Source: a virus. From it: a stretch of 64,000 nt of DNA. Positions 9,701 through 18,930 of this stretch are shown here, piece by piece. Every line of letters starts with the position of its first letter. Position 1 is the stretch's first letter. The position numbers and the translations under genes were made by a program. The DNA lies in the IMG/VR virus record IMGVR_UViG_3300045973_000529, positions 64,001 to 128,000 of that record. One strand, given 5' to 3'. The notes under the pieces were generated by a model. It had not been told where the DNA came from. It saw only the letters and a list, made by a program, of their open reading frames with translations, and ran no database searches.

Positions 9701-12688
9701 TACGGTATCACTGACGCTGCTCCGATCACGACTCCGTTCGTTACCATCGGCGCTGTCGCAGGTATGGCAAACGAGCGGGCCCTGACTGGTTCGGCGAACA
9801 TCACGATCACCGACAACGGTGCGAACTCGACTGTTGCTATTGGTCTTGCTGACAATCCAATTTTGGTTGGTACCGCGAACCTGCGCCTGCCAGTTGGCAC
9901 CACTGCTCAGCGTCCAGGTACAGCGGCAACTGGTGATACCCGCTTCAACACTGATCTTTCGGTTGTTGAGTACTACGATGGCACTTCGTGGATCCGCGTT
10001 GGCAACCAACCGTTCGTCGATTCGAAGATGACACAAGGCTTCATCGACAACACGCAATCAGTTCTCTCCTTCACGGCAGGTACTCGAACCGTCACCATCA
10101 CGCCGACTGGTGCGAACTTCGTGTACTACTTCGCTGGCTCCAAGATCGTCAAGACTGTGGCAGACAGCGTAGTGTTCCCGAACACCAATGGTCTGTGGTT
10201 CATCTACTACGACGCCAACTCGGTTCTCACCGCCTCGGCTTCATTCTATGACCTGAAGACGATGGTGCCGGTGGCGGTCATTTGTTGGGATGCGGCGAAC
10301 AGCAAGTTCGTCACCATCGCTGATGAGCGGCACAATGCTACGATGGACTGGTCGACTCACCTGTACTTGCACGTCACAAATGGCACCAAGTACGCGAATG
10401 GTCTTGGCATCCAGAACTTCACGACTGCGGGCACTGGTGCCGCAAACACGGACGCCCAGATCGGCTTCGCAAACGGTACACTGTACGACGAAGACCTGAA
10501 GATCTCGATCACGCACTCAGCAACTCCGACTGCTGAGTTCGAACAGGTGTTGTCATCGGCTGCAAAGCTCCCGGTGTTGTACCGCGTCGGCACAGGCGCG
10601 TCGAACTGGACTGCTGACACGGCCACAGTGTACCCAGTCAAGCAAGGCACTGCGCGCATCAAGTACAACTTGAACACCGCAGGCACCTGGTCGGCTACCG
10701 ACGCTGGTGAAGGCGAATACGTTGCAATGTGGGTGTTCGGTTCGAATGGCTACTTCGAACCAATGATCGCCTTCATGGGCCAACGGTCAGATGCATCACT
10801 GCAGACGGCCAAGGACAACAACACGATTGACTTGGCTGACTTCGGGAACATCCCATCGCCAGAGACCAAGATCCTGTATCGTTTGATCTTCCAAACATCA
10901 TCTGGCTACGCGAACGCTCCAAAGGCGCGACTGGTTGATGTGGTGGACATGCGCACGGTGACCGTGCTGGTCACCTCGACCGCTGGCGCAAACTCGCACA
11001 GCCTGTTGTCGGGTCTCTCTGCTGATGACCACCCACAGTACGTGCACAACACGACACCTCGCACCATCAGCGCGGTTCACACCTTCAACCCAATCACAGC
11101 CACGGCACCATTTGCGTTGGGTGCGAATGCAACTGGACAGTTGGTCACAGGTCTGAATGCTGACACGGTTGACGGCTTCCATGCAGCATCGTTCCAACCA
11201 GCTGACACTGACTTGACGGCCCTTGCGAACATTGCAAGCACTGGTCTATACGCCGTCACAGGCTCTGGCACTTCGACAACTCGCACGATCTTGGCACCTG
11301 CTGCCGGCATCACGGTGACGAATGGTTCAGGTGTCGCTGGTAATCCAACCCTGGTGCTGGCCAACGACTTGGCTGGTGTCGAAGGTCTTGCTGGTACCGG
11401 TCTCGCAGTCCGTACAGCAACCGACACCTGGACCACTCGCACTCTGGTTGCTGGCTCTGGCATCAGCATCACGAACGCTGATGGTACTGCTGGTAACATC
11501 ACCATTGCCCTTACTGGTGGTGGCACGGGTACTGTCACTTCAGTTGGTCTTGCGCTGCCAAACATCTTCACGGTCTCGAATTCGCCAGTCACAACGACTG
11601 GTACCTTGACAGGAACACTGGCAACTCAGACTGCTGGCACGTTCTTCGTTGGTCCGACCACTGGCTCTGCTGCTCCGACCTTCCGCACTGTCTCCATCGA
11701 CGAAATGTCGGATGTGGTCATCACGACGCCGTCGACCAATCAGGTCATCGCGTACAATGGCACCAGCTGGGTGAACACTGGTGCTGTGGGTTCCAATGCT
11801 GCTGGTCTCGTTGGTGTTGGACAGGCTGGTGCAGCTGCTTGGACGCTAGTCTCTGGCTCCACGTACACTGCTGACTTCGCGCACAATCTCGGCACCACGA
11901 ATGTCGTCATCACGGTCTTCGACAGCAGCACACTTGCAGTCGTTGTTCCGGATCTCGTCACTTGTACGAACACGAACACGGTCCGCATCCGTGTCATTGG
12001 CAACACCCGTACCCTGAAGGTCGTGGTTGTTGCAAACGGACAGTCGATTGTCGCTGGTGGTTCAACTCCTTCGTCGGTCATCACTGCCAAGGACGGTGTC
12101 ACGGTCTCTGCTGCAGCCACGAAGTTGAACTTCACTGGCCAAGCCGTGAACGTCACTGATGCTGGCTCAGGTACCACAAACATCTCGATTGGTGCTCGCT
12201 TCGCGTACGTCGCGAACTCGCTCGACAACCCAAGCAATGCTGACTTCGCGGTCAATGCACTGGCGCCAACGACCACTGACCCAACGTTCAACTCACTGAC
12301 CGTTCGCTCGTTCTCGAATACGGTGGAACAGGGTGTCGGCTTCACCTGCTCGATTCCGCCGAACGCGACACAGGTGACCTTCAAGTTCCGCGGTCGTGCT
12401 GCAACGGCTCCTGGTGCTGCTTCTGTGGTTCAACCACGACTGTACGCTCGTCAGATTCCGAACAACAGCGCCGTTGGTGCTTGGTCGGCTGCGAACGAAC
12501 TGGCGAACATCAGCATCCCAACGAATGCGTTCTTCCAGTACGCAACACAGACGATTGCGTTGTCAACGCTCGGTCTCACTGCTGACCGGTTGTACCAGTT
12601 CGAGTTGACTCGTCGCATCGCTGGTGTCACGGGTACCAATCTTGCTTCAGCCTTCTACCTGGCTGAGATCATTGCTGAGTTCGCCTAA
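6797..12688 (+). CDS. long tail fibre protein (1963 aa)
   Basis: Gly/Thr/Ala-rich; repeated AGTY..VT..AKG.VT.GTNPTTLAGYGI.D tail-fibre motif; internal DUF2793-like segment PPSTP...YIVPTGATGVWTGLAG. Confidence 0.9.
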   Translation: MANIALAFQPENGINLDDLAGIFAGTADPTVLGEAAPIGSLYLRTNGMLFQKIGSADTAWMVFSQGLGEAVKISATDTNAGYLNAKLLVTSSLSKSVQNAGANETLTLDLANVGTAGTYTQVTTNAKGQVTAGTNPTTLAGYGITNGQPLDATLTALAAYATVGFVAMTATDVFAGRTMTGTANQITVTNGAGTAGNPTFSFPTTILFPGTTGVRPPSGTTAQRVATAPYLRYNTDTTRMEYFNGTVWVELVASTGGTVTSVATSAPAQGLTISGGPVTTSGTLTFALANDLAAVEGLVTTGFATRTATDTWATWAMAGTTDRITVTNGDGSIGAPTFDIAATYVGQTSITTLGNISTGTWLGTTVDTAHGGTGRTSIGTANTLLGVNTTATGLEYKNLVAGAGITIAPASQQITITNTGVTSITGTANQVIASAATGAVTLSLPQSIGTGSSPTFAQVTLAADPTTPMSAATKQYVDARSNGLIWRAPIFANGLLDDSITAPPSTPNSHDSYIVPTGATGVWTGLAGHLVEYTGVSWVDLGLIPSGTRIGISLESGSTPTGTFAGKANQIVTVTGTFPYSYAYTAPSDGDAVLVSNPDAYDAYHQYTYVAATSSWIEFSGPVTIDAGTGLAFAGNTLNIADVGTAGTYNNVTTNAQGQVISGSSVAYLTGNQNITLSGDVTGVGSTSITTALSATGVTAGTYKSVTVDAKGRVSAGTNPTTLAGYGISDAQGLDAFLTALANASTDGIMIRSGDTVLTRAVIAGSTKVSVANGDGIAGNPSVDVIEANLTLTNIGGTLSVAKGGTNLTSLGAANQILGVNAGGTALEYKAVTAGSGITITPGANSITIAAVNSGTVTSVAATGSTGLTVGGSPITSSGTLTFTLGTELQGLSALSAVGLVTRTAAGTYASRSVVSGVGTISITNPTGAAGNVALDLTTVGTAGTYRSVTTDTFGRVTSGTNPTTLAGYGITDAAPITTPFVTIGAVAGMANERALTGSANITITDNGANSTVAIGLADNPILVGTANLRLPVGTTAQRPGTAATGDTRFNTDLSVVEYYDGTSWIRVGNQPFVDSKMTQGFIDNTQSVLSFTAGTRTVTITPTGANFVYYFAGSKIVKTVADSVVFPNTNGLWFIYYDANSVLTASASFYDLKTMVPVAVICWDAANSKFVTIADERHNATMDWSTHLYLHVTNGTKYANGLGIQNFTTAGTGAANTDAQIGFANGTLYDEDLKISITHSATPTAEFEQVLSSAAKLPVLYRVGTGASNWTADTATVYPVKQGTARIKYNLNTAGTWSATDAGEGEYVAMWVFGSNGYFEPMIAFMGQRSDASLQTAKDNNTIDLADFGNIPSPETKILYRLIFQTSSGYANAPKARLVDVVDMRTVTVLVTSTAGANSHSLLSGLSADDHPQYVHNTTPRTISAVHTFNPITATAPFALGANATGQLVTGLNADTVDGFHAASFQPADTDLTALANIASTGLYAVTGSGTSTTRTILAPAAGITVTNGSGVAGNPTLVLANDLAGVEGLAGTGLAVRTATDTWTTRTLVAGSGISITNADGTAGNITIALTGGGTGTVTSVGLALPNIFTVSNSPVTTTGTLTGTLATQTAGTFFVGPTTGSAAPTFRTVSIDEMSDVVITTPSTNQVIAYNGTSWVNTGAVGSNAAGLVGVGQAGAAAWTLVSGSTYTADFAHNLGTTNVVITVFDSSTLAVVVPDLVTCTNTNTVRIRVIGNTRTLKVVVVANGQSIVAGGSTPSSVITAKDGVTVSAAATKLNFTGQAVNVTDAGSGTTNISIGARFAYVANSLDNPSNADFAVNALAPTTTDPTFNSLTVRSFSNTVEQGVGFTCSIPPNATQVTFKFRGRAATAPGAASVVQPRLYARQIPNNSAVGAWSAANELANISIPTNAFFQYATQTIALSTLGLTADRLYQFELTRRIAGVTGTNLASAFYLAEIIAEFA
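7193..7218 (+). repeat. 26-bp exact repeat, copy 1
   Basis: GGTACCAATCCAACGACGCTCGCTGG identical at 9674-9699; degenerate copy near 8944. Confidence 0.85.
9674..9699 (+). repeat. 26-bp exact repeat, copy 2
   Basis: Identical to 7193-7218. Confidence 0.85.
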
Positions 12689-13407
12689 TGCCGATCCAAC
12701 TGAACGCCTCTGACATTCATCTTCGCTCCAGCCAAGCGATGGGGCTGCGTACCAGTGATGCACTCAGCATCTCGGTGTGGATCAATGCCACTTGGACTGG
12801 TGGTGCTCGTATCTCATTGATCGGCATCTACGGTCCAGCTACCGACGTGCCGCTCGGAGCTCCAATCACTGCCGTGCAGATTGGCAGCACAGCCGGTGGT
12901 GGCGAACTGTCCTGCTGGACTTGGGGTGGTGGAACGCTTACCACTACTGTAGCGGGCTCGATGACGGCGTTCAATGGTCAGTGGGTGCACCTAGTGTACA
13001 CCCACAACGGTGGTACTCACACGCTCTATCGAAATGGTGTTCAGGTTTCCACATCAACGACAGCGCAGATCACTGGCTTCTTGAACCAGGTATACGTGAA
13101 CGGTTTTCCGGGTGGCGGTACCAGCGAAGTTGCCTCGTTCCAAGCTGACGCGTATACTCTCTATCGTAGAGCATTGACCGCCGATGAAGTGCTTACGATC
13201 TACAACGCGCAGGGTGACCGTCACGGGATCGTTACCTCGCTGATCTGCCACTACGACTTTGACGAACTTGGTCAAGGTGCTACCTGCACCAGTGTCAATG
13301 ATACTTCAGGGACAGGGCTCAATCTGACAGTTACTGGAGTGGGGACAGCGATCACCCATACATACACTGCCGCCCTCGCAAACTCCAACCTTAGGCCAGT
13401 CCAATGA
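12688..13407 (+). CDS. LamG/concanavalin A-like lectin domain tail protein
   Basis: LSISVWIN...GQWVHLVYTHNGGTHTLYRNGVQV...TLYRRALTADEV...YDFDE LamG_3 pattern. Confidence 0.85.
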   Translation: MPIQLNASDIHLRSSQAMGLRTSDALSISVWINATWTGGARISLIGIYGPATDVPLGAPITAVQIGSTAGGGELSCWTWGGGTLTTTVAGSMTAFNGQWVHLVYTHNGGTHTLYRNGVQVSTSTTAQITGFLNQVYVNGFPGGGTSEVASFQADAYTLYRRALTADEVLTIYNAQGDRHGIVTSLICHYDFDELGQGATCTSVNDTSGTGLNLTVTGVGTAITHTYTAALANSNLRPVQ

Positions 13408-14264
13408 GCAATGAAGTCCTCGGTTCTTCAACCTTCCTTGTCACCCCAACGGTGAACGGCGCTGATGTGCTGCTGAACGCTGGCGGTGTCCCTGCTATTC
13501 TGTCCGACACTACTGCGAACCGGCCCGCTGCCGGCAGTACCGGTCGACTGTTCCTTGACACTACGCTGAATGCGTTCTATCGGGACAACGGAGCTAGCTG
13601 GGACGCAATCGTCGCAGCAGCCTCGGTAAGCGGCACCACCAACCAAATCAACGTCGCGGGTGGCGTAGTATCGATTGCTGACAATGCTGTGCTACCGGGC
13701 ACCGGAGCCTTCCGTCCACCAGTTGGAACAACAGCTCAACGACCTGGTGCACCGACTGCTGGTGACACTCGGTGGAACACTACAACGGCTGAATCTGAAG
13801 AGTTCAACGGCACGTTCTGGAAGCCAAAGGGCGTCGTGCTCCAAATGGTCTCAGGTTCCATCGCGGCTTCTACTGGCACGTCACAGACACCGCTCGACAA
13901 CACCGTACCAACGAGCACTGAAGGCACGCAGATCTGGACGCAATCATTCACACCGTTGTCGACGACATCGAAGATTATGATCATGTTCAACCTTGTGCAC
14001 TCGAACTCGAGCAACGCGAACACGAACATCTTGGCCGTGTTTGCTGGCACTACGAACATCGGAGCATCCATTGGTCGTGTCAGCGCCAACAACGGCGCTG
14101 GTTCCATGGGGCTCTGTATCACATACACACCAGGTTCGACTGCTGCCATCACCTTCTCGGGACGGCTTGGAAGCACTGGCGGTACCTGGTATGTGAACCA
14201 AACATCAGCCGCAACCCTCGGTGGCTCATTGGCTACCGAGTACACCATCACCGAGTACGCATAA
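13404..14264 (+). CDS. short tail fibre-like protein
   Basis: Shares PVGTTAQRPG...GDTRWNTT motif with the long fibre; GVVLQMV...FTPLSTTSKIMI C-terminal domain. Confidence 0.75.
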   Translation: MSNEVLGSSTFLVTPTVNGADVLLNAGGVPAILSDTTANRPAAGSTGRLFLDTTLNAFYRDNGASWDAIVAAASVSGTTNQINVAGGVVSIADNAVLPGTGAFRPPVGTTAQRPGAPTAGDTRWNTTTAESEEFNGTFWKPKGVVLQMVSGSIAASTGTSQTPLDNTVPTSTEGTQIWTQSFTPLSTTSKIMIMFNLVHSNSSNANTNILAVFAGTTNIGASIGRVSANNGAGSMGLCITYTPGSTAAITFSGRLGSTGGTWYVNQTSAATLGGSLATEYTITEYA

Positions 14265-14779
14265 TGGCCATCATCCGTCCTACCTACATTGACGTCATCT
14301 CAACAATGACACCAAGGATCGACGTCACCGCGATGGGTGACGGATCCGACTATGACTCACTTGTGGCGCATGGTGGTACCTTGCCGTCGAAGGACACTCT
14401 TGATGCGCTACTCATCGCCGCCACAAAAGAGAAGGCGTGGCTGGCCATCAAGGAGAAGCGCGACTTCTTGAAAGGAAATGGCACCAAGGTCGGGAACTAT
14501 TGGTTTCACGCCGATGATGCTTCTCGCATTCAACAACTTGGCCTTGTGATGTTTGGCGCCAATCTTCCAGCCGGCATCATGTGGAAGACTATGTCGGGTG
14601 CTTTTGTCCCGATGACACAACAACTGGCCATGCAGATCTTCATTGCACAGGCGACGCATGACACAATGCTCTTCACGATTGCTGAACAGAAACGACAAGC
14701 AATGATGGTCAGTGCTGACCCGGCGCAGTACGATCAGGATTCTGGTTGGCCGGAAACTTATCAAGGAGCAGCAACATGA
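14264..14779 (+). CDS. DUF4376-like tail fibre assembly protein
   Basis: WLAIKEKRD...G...WFHADDASR...WKTMSGAFVPMT...GWP pattern; follows tail fibre genes. Confidence 0.75.
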   Translation: MAIIRPTYIDVISTMTPRIDVTAMGDGSDYDSLVAHGGTLPSKDTLDALLIAATKEKAWLAIKEKRDFLKGNGTKVGNYWFHADDASRIQQLGLVMFGANLPAGIMWKTMSGAFVPMTQQLAMQIFIAQATHDTMLFTIAEQKRQAMMVSADPAQYDQDSGWPETYQGAAT

Positions 14780-15393
14780 ACGTTTTTCAACGCATTGAGC
14801 GTGGGATCGCACTGGGGATCGGCAAGATCCACTGGAAGGGTACCAATGAACTCGATCAAGAGCAGGTCAGTCACATCAAGGGTCTCCTTGAGAAGGACTA
14901 CTACATCCTTCTGTCACATCGAAACAACCATCTGAGCACGTTCTTCATTGGACTGCTCTCGTTCTGCCTCACAGGTAAGTGGGCATACTGGTGCCACGCG
15001 TTGATGAACGTTGAAGATGAGGTCAAGACGGATGATGACTACCGCTTCATCGAGGCAGTTGGTACCGGTGTCCGGTATGCTGGGGTCAGTGAAGTCCTGG
15101 ATGTGCACGGCATCGTGCTCTTGAAGCCGAAGAACATGTCACTCGAAGAGTGGACGGCGGCCCTGGACAGGGCAAAGACGGAACTCGGCAAGCCTTATGA
15201 CACGTTGTTCGACCTGAGCAATGATCAGTCGTTGTCATGCGTCGAGCTTGTTCGTGTTGCACTTCAAGGCAGCCCGAACTACGCGGCGGACTTTGCGAAC
15301 TTCGAAGCCATGATCAAGGCAAAGAAGAACCTGACGCCTTCAATGTTCTACGACTGCCCGGACTTCGAGGTGGTGTACGAAGTTCGTCGGTAA
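14776..15393 (+). CDS. permuted papain-like NlpC/P60 (YiiX/YaeF-type) enzyme
   Basis: His upstream (WCHA), then AKTELGKPYDTLF...SCVELV catalytic Cys motif, i.e. permuted order. Confidence 0.75.
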   Translation: MNVFQRIERGIALGIGKIHWKGTNELDQEQVSHIKGLLEKDYYILLSHRNNHLSTFFIGLLSFCLTGKWAYWCHALMNVEDEVKTDDDYRFIEAVGTGVRYAGVSEVLDVHGIVLLKPKNMSLEEWTAALDRAKTELGKPYDTLFDLSNDQSLSCVELVRVALQGSPNYAADFANFEAMIKAKKNLTPSMFYDCPDFEVVYEVRR

Positions 15394-15396
15394 ATA
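15391..15396 (+). promoter_or_regulatory. late promoter box TAAATA
   Basis: TAA is the upstream stop codon; ATG only 4 nt after the box. Confidence 0.65.
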
Positions 15397-15400
15397 GAGC

Positions 15401-15784
15401 ATGTCCATCAACGCCTGCTCCATCAACGGTTTCACCATTGACGCCAGGCGTTGCCGTGACAAGTTCCACGACCTGATTCCGATTCTGCACCCACCAACCA
15501 CCACACCGACATCGAACGGTGGTTGGACGCAGAAGCGGCCGCCTGAGCATTATCGTGGCATCAACCCGCCACGCTGGGATGACAAGCAGGTTCCGACCCC
15601 GACCGAGCTGGATCGCGTTACCGTCACTGTCGAGATCTTCGGCATGAAGGGCTCTGATGAACAGCAGATCGTACCGCGTCTGGATCTGGTCACCGTCACC
15701 GACATCCACATTGAGAACGGTGATGTTGACGTCCACATCGACAACTTCCAAGTGACCATTCATGCTGACACTGACAAGCACTAA
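15401..15784 (+). CDS. hypothetical late protein
   Basis: 127-aa ORF after late box. Confidence 0.75.
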   Translation: MSINACSINGFTIDARRCRDKFHDLIPILHPPTTTPTSNGGWTQKRPPEHYRGINPPRWDDKQVPTPTELDRVTVTVEIFGMKGSDEQQIVPRLDLVTVTDIHIENGDVDVHIDNFQVTIHADTDKH

Positions 15785-16370
15785 TCGGGTAACCTTCAAC
15801 GTGAACGTGTTCGGCACTGCCGCAACACCAACGGTGAGGTGCATCCTGGGTGAAGGTCCTGGGCTGTCGTTCCCAGCGACGAAACTTCAGGACGGACAGT
15901 ATGAAGTTCTCATGGACCTGCCGAAGGACCTGAAAGTGGGTGCGCACCCGTTCAAAGTCGAAGTACTATTGAACGGTCGGCTGTTCACTCCAGTGACTCA
16001 CAGCGTCGAGGTAACAGGCGGAGCCACTAATCCTGTTCCACCTGTTGTTGCACCTGCCGTGCCTGTAGCCACACCAGAGTCCGTGGCTCCTGCACCGACC
16101 GTTTCACTGATGGCCAGTGTCACCGAAACTGGCGCAAAAAGCCGTGCAGCTATTTCAGCACTCGAAGCACTGGCAAAGAAGCCAGTCGAGCAGCGGGTCG
16201 CGCCAAAGCATGAGCCTGTTCGGGCGAAACTCACAATGGCTGACATTGCTATGACAGCGGAAGCCATTGAGCCGACTCGCAAGCCAAAGAAGGCAGCCAA
16301 AGTTCCTGAAGCCATCTGCACTCCAACCGTCCCGGTCACAATGACCAAGGGCGCCATCATCTACAAGTGA
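15762..16370 (+). CDS. hypothetical protein, Ig-like N-terminus and Pro/Ala-rich linker
   Basis: 202-aa ORF overlapping upstream gene; beta-strand pattern followed by PVVAPAVPVATP. Confidence 0.7.
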   Translation: MLTLTSTNRVTFNVNVFGTAATPTVRCILGEGPGLSFPATKLQDGQYEVLMDLPKDLKVGAHPFKVEVLLNGRLFTPVTHSVEVTGGATNPVPPVVAPAVPVATPESVAPAPTVSLMASVTETGAKSRAAISALEALAKKPVEQRVAPKHEPVRAKLTMADIAMTAEAIEPTRKPKKAAKVPEAICTPTVPVTMTKGAIIYK

Positions 16371-16380
16371 CATACACATC

Positions 16381-16560
16381 ATGAAGATCCTCAGCGACAA
16401 CGCCGTCTCGAAGACTGAACTCAACGACCTCCTAGCAAACCAGACCGTTCTCCTGAACGAGTGGGCGGTCCAGAAGAACCAAATCACGGACCTGAAGGCA
16501 ATGCTCTTCGCCTCATTCGTCGTGAACATCGTGGTGGCGCTCGTCTGCAAGTTCGTCTAA
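16381..16560 (+). CDS. small protein with coiled N-terminus and one C-terminal TM helix (59 aa)
   Basis: Read manually: MKILSDNAVSKTELNDLL...AMLFASFVVNIVVALVCKFV. Confidence 0.7.
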   Translation: MKILSDNAVSKTELNDLLANQTVLLNEWAVQKNQITDLKAMLFASFVVNIVVALVCKFV

Positions 16561-16602
16561 CGCGCGGAGCGTAGCAGGCATTAGCCGACGAATAGCCCGC
16601 CG

Positions 16603-16648
16603 CCGTTACAGACCCGTTCAACACGGGTTCAAGGTTCTGTGGTATAGT
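16603..16648 (+). promoter_or_regulatory. early/middle promoter: CCGTTACA box + TATAGT -10
   Basis: CCGTTACA 16603-16610, TATAGT 16643-16648, start of accessory cluster. Confidence 0.7.
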
Positions 16649-16679
16649 GCTCCTATGCACTTCCACAAGGACCTTTCCA

Positions 16680-16898
16680 ATGCTCACTGCTAGCCAAATC
16701 GCTGTCCTCAACGGCGTGATCTCTCGTCTCCAGGAATTGGTCAACATCAAACGGGACTCCGTCAGAGACCTGCTGCAGGTCTACACCGTCGGTGGTCACG
16801 ACGCCGAAGCCGCTCGGGTCCTCGCCGAGACCGAATCCATCGAAATCGCCCACATCGTCACCACCATCACGGAACTGCGCAACCTGCGCGGGAACTGA
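16680..16898 (+). CDS. hypothetical early protein
   Basis: AAGGA SD, ATG 16680. Confidence 0.75.
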   Translation: MLTASQIAVLNGVISRLQELVNIKRDSVRDLLQVYTVGGHDAEAARVLAETESIEIAHIVTTITELRNLRGN

Positions 16899-16899
16899 C

Positions 16900-17109
16900 A
16901 TGACCATCGAAACCAACGTACAAGCCACGCTCGAGTACCTGGATGCGGCCATCGATGCAGCGCATCGCGGCATCGCCTTGGTGCACCAGACGCTCGGAGC
17001 AGCCCGCAACAGCGATCAACGCAAGGGGTCCGAACTCGCGCTGGCCGTGGCAGAACGCCGCCTCGACGAGCTGAAGACGGTCCGCAAGCTGCTGACCAAG
17101 GTTGCCTGA
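16900..17109 (+). CDS. hypothetical helical protein
   Basis: ATG 1 nt after upstream stop; MTIETNVQATLEYL... Confidence 0.7.
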   Translation: MTIETNVQATLEYLDAAIDAAHRGIALVHQTLGAARNSDQRKGSELALAVAERRLDELKTVRKLLTKVA

Positions 17110-17111
17110 TC

Positions 17112-17435
17112 ATGTCTGAAGTCCTCGATCGTCAAGCCGCGATCCTCACGGCCGCCCGCCACGCTGGTGATCACATCGCCCGCGTCGTGCAGCTGCTCAT
17201 CGACGGTGTTGCCTTCCCGACGGACGGCAAGACCTACGAGGTCTTCAGTCACGAGGGTGACGAGCTCGGTTCCATCACTACCGCCGATCTTGGCTTCGCC
17301 ATCAACCTCATGCGTCGCATGGGCCGCGAACCTGGTAAGTGCAAGCACTACACCTACGACCCAGCCACGAAGACCTTCCCACCGACCTACCAACCAGCTT
17401 TCACTTTCGCGTGGGTTGGTTGGATCGGCCACTGA
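17112..17435 (+). CDS. hypothetical protein
   Basis: 107-aa ORF in tightly packed operon. Confidence 0.75.
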   Translation: MSEVLDRQAAILTAARHAGDHIARVVQLLIDGVAFPTDGKTYEVFSHEGDELGSITTADLGFAINLMRRMGREPGKCKHYTYDPATKTFPPTYQPAFTFAWVGWIGH

Positions 17436-17451
17436 ATCGCTAAGGACATCC

Positions 17452-18603
17452 ATGTTCCCGAACATCAAGCATCTCTCCGATCTGGTCCCGCACATCCAGG
17501 ACAACCCGCAGATCCGGGTGAAGGTCGAGCCGAATGGCTTCACCGTCGTGTGCTACATGCTGCAGGACGAGGACACCTTCTCGGGTGCCAACGCCGAGTT
17601 CGCAGCCGAGTGCCGCGGTATCACGTTCGACACGAACGGCAAGATCGCGGCTCGGACGCTGCACAAGTTCTTCAACGTCGGCCAGGAAGACAGCACCCGT
17701 CCCGAGGTGATCCGCTGGCAGGACGTCGTTCGCATCATGGACAAGCGTGACGGATCGATGATCACGCCGGTGCTGGTGAACGGCGGCGTGAAGTGCAAGA
17801 CCAAGAAGTCGTTCGACACCAAGGAAGCGGCCCTGGCCGACGAGATCCTGCACCAAATCGAAACCATCGATGGTGCCAAGGACCAGTTCAAGCTCGAATG
17901 GACGCGCAATCTGCTTCGCTTCGGCTACACGCCGACCTTCGAGATCACGTCACCGAAGTTGCCGATCGTGCTGCTGTACGACAAGGACGAACTGACCCTG
18001 CTGCATGTTCGCGAGAACGTGACCGGCCGGTACCTCGACGAAGACGAGGTGAAGGCGCTCGAGCCGCCGTTCCCGATCGTCGAGAACGTGATGCGGCAGT
18101 TCATGCGCCCAGGCGTGCCGGCCAATCTCGTGTCCTGGGACCTGCTCAAGACCGCGGCCGAGACGGCCGAAGGTGTCGAGGGCTGGGTGATCCAGTTCCG
18201 CAATGGCGATATGGTCAAGCTCAAGACGGCCTGGTACTGCGCGCTGCATCACTCGGTGACCTTCACCCGGTGGCGTGACATCGCTCGCTCGGTGGTTGCG
18301 GATCAGTCCGATGACCTGAAGGCGGCGTTCGCGATGACGGGCCGCTCGATCGAGCCGATCCTGTTCGTGGAACGCGCCATCAAGAACAAGATCGCGCTTG
18401 ACCGTGGAACGGCTGAAGTGCATGCACTTATCGGCACGCTGGGCAAGACGGCCAAGGACATGGCGCTCATGCACAAGGGCCATCCGCTGTTCGGCCAGAT
18501 CATGCGGCTGTTCCGTGGTCAGGAAGTGAACTGGATGGAGTTCTACGAGAAGAACCATCTCGACACCGACTGGTCGCTGGAAGTCGTGGGAGAAGAAGCA
18601 TGA
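17452..18603 (+). CDS. rnl1: T4 Rnl1-like RNA ligase
   Basis: ECRGI, HKFFNVG, motif I KRDGSMI, FEITSP..PIV, EGWVI, MVKLKTAWY; AAGGA SD before ATG 17452. Confidence 0.92.
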   Translation: MFPNIKHLSDLVPHIQDNPQIRVKVEPNGFTVVCYMLQDEDTFSGANAEFAAECRGITFDTNGKIAARTLHKFFNVGQEDSTRPEVIRWQDVVRIMDKRDGSMITPVLVNGGVKCKTKKSFDTKEAALADEILHQIETIDGAKDQFKLEWTRNLLRFGYTPTFEITSPKLPIVLLYDKDELTLLHVRENVTGRYLDEDEVKALEPPFPIVENVMRQFMRPGVPANLVSWDLLKTAAETAEGVEGWVIQFRNGDMVKLKTAWYCALHHSVTFTRWRDIARSVVADQSDDLKAAFAMTGRSIEPILFVERAIKNKIALDRGTAEVHALIGTLGKTAKDMALMHKGHPLFGQIMRLFRGQEVNWMEFYEKNHLDTDWSLEVVGEEA

Positions 18604-18929
18604 GCTATCGCGAACGCAGTCACTGGCTTCTCCTCACGCAGGAGGAGCTGAATGCCAAGCCGACTCGTGAGCTGCTCGCCATCCTGCAGTGGGCGCGGTA
18701 CGTGCCGAAGTGCTCTTGCGGTCAGATGCTCGGTGACTGCGACGGTGGCCTGACTGAGGACGAGCGCCAGCGCGTTCAACAGCGCTTCGCGCTGAAGATC
18801 CGTACCAAGACCGCGCTGAACACGCAGTACGACGGCGTCGTTCGCGGTCATGTCCCGGGTCGCGCCGAAGGCAAGAAGATCCGCCGTGATCGTCAAGCCC
18901 GCAAAGAACGCAAGCAATTGGAGTATTGA
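18600..18929 (+). CDS. hypothetical protein
   Basis: 109 aa, CSC...C cluster, basic C-terminus, ATGA overlap. Confidence 0.7.
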   Translation: MSYRERSHWLLLTQEELNAKPTRELLAILQWARYVPKCSCGQMLGDCDGGLTEDERQRVQQRFALKIRTKTALNTQYDGVVRGHVPGRAEGKKIRRDRQARKERKQLEY

Positions 18930-18930
18930 C

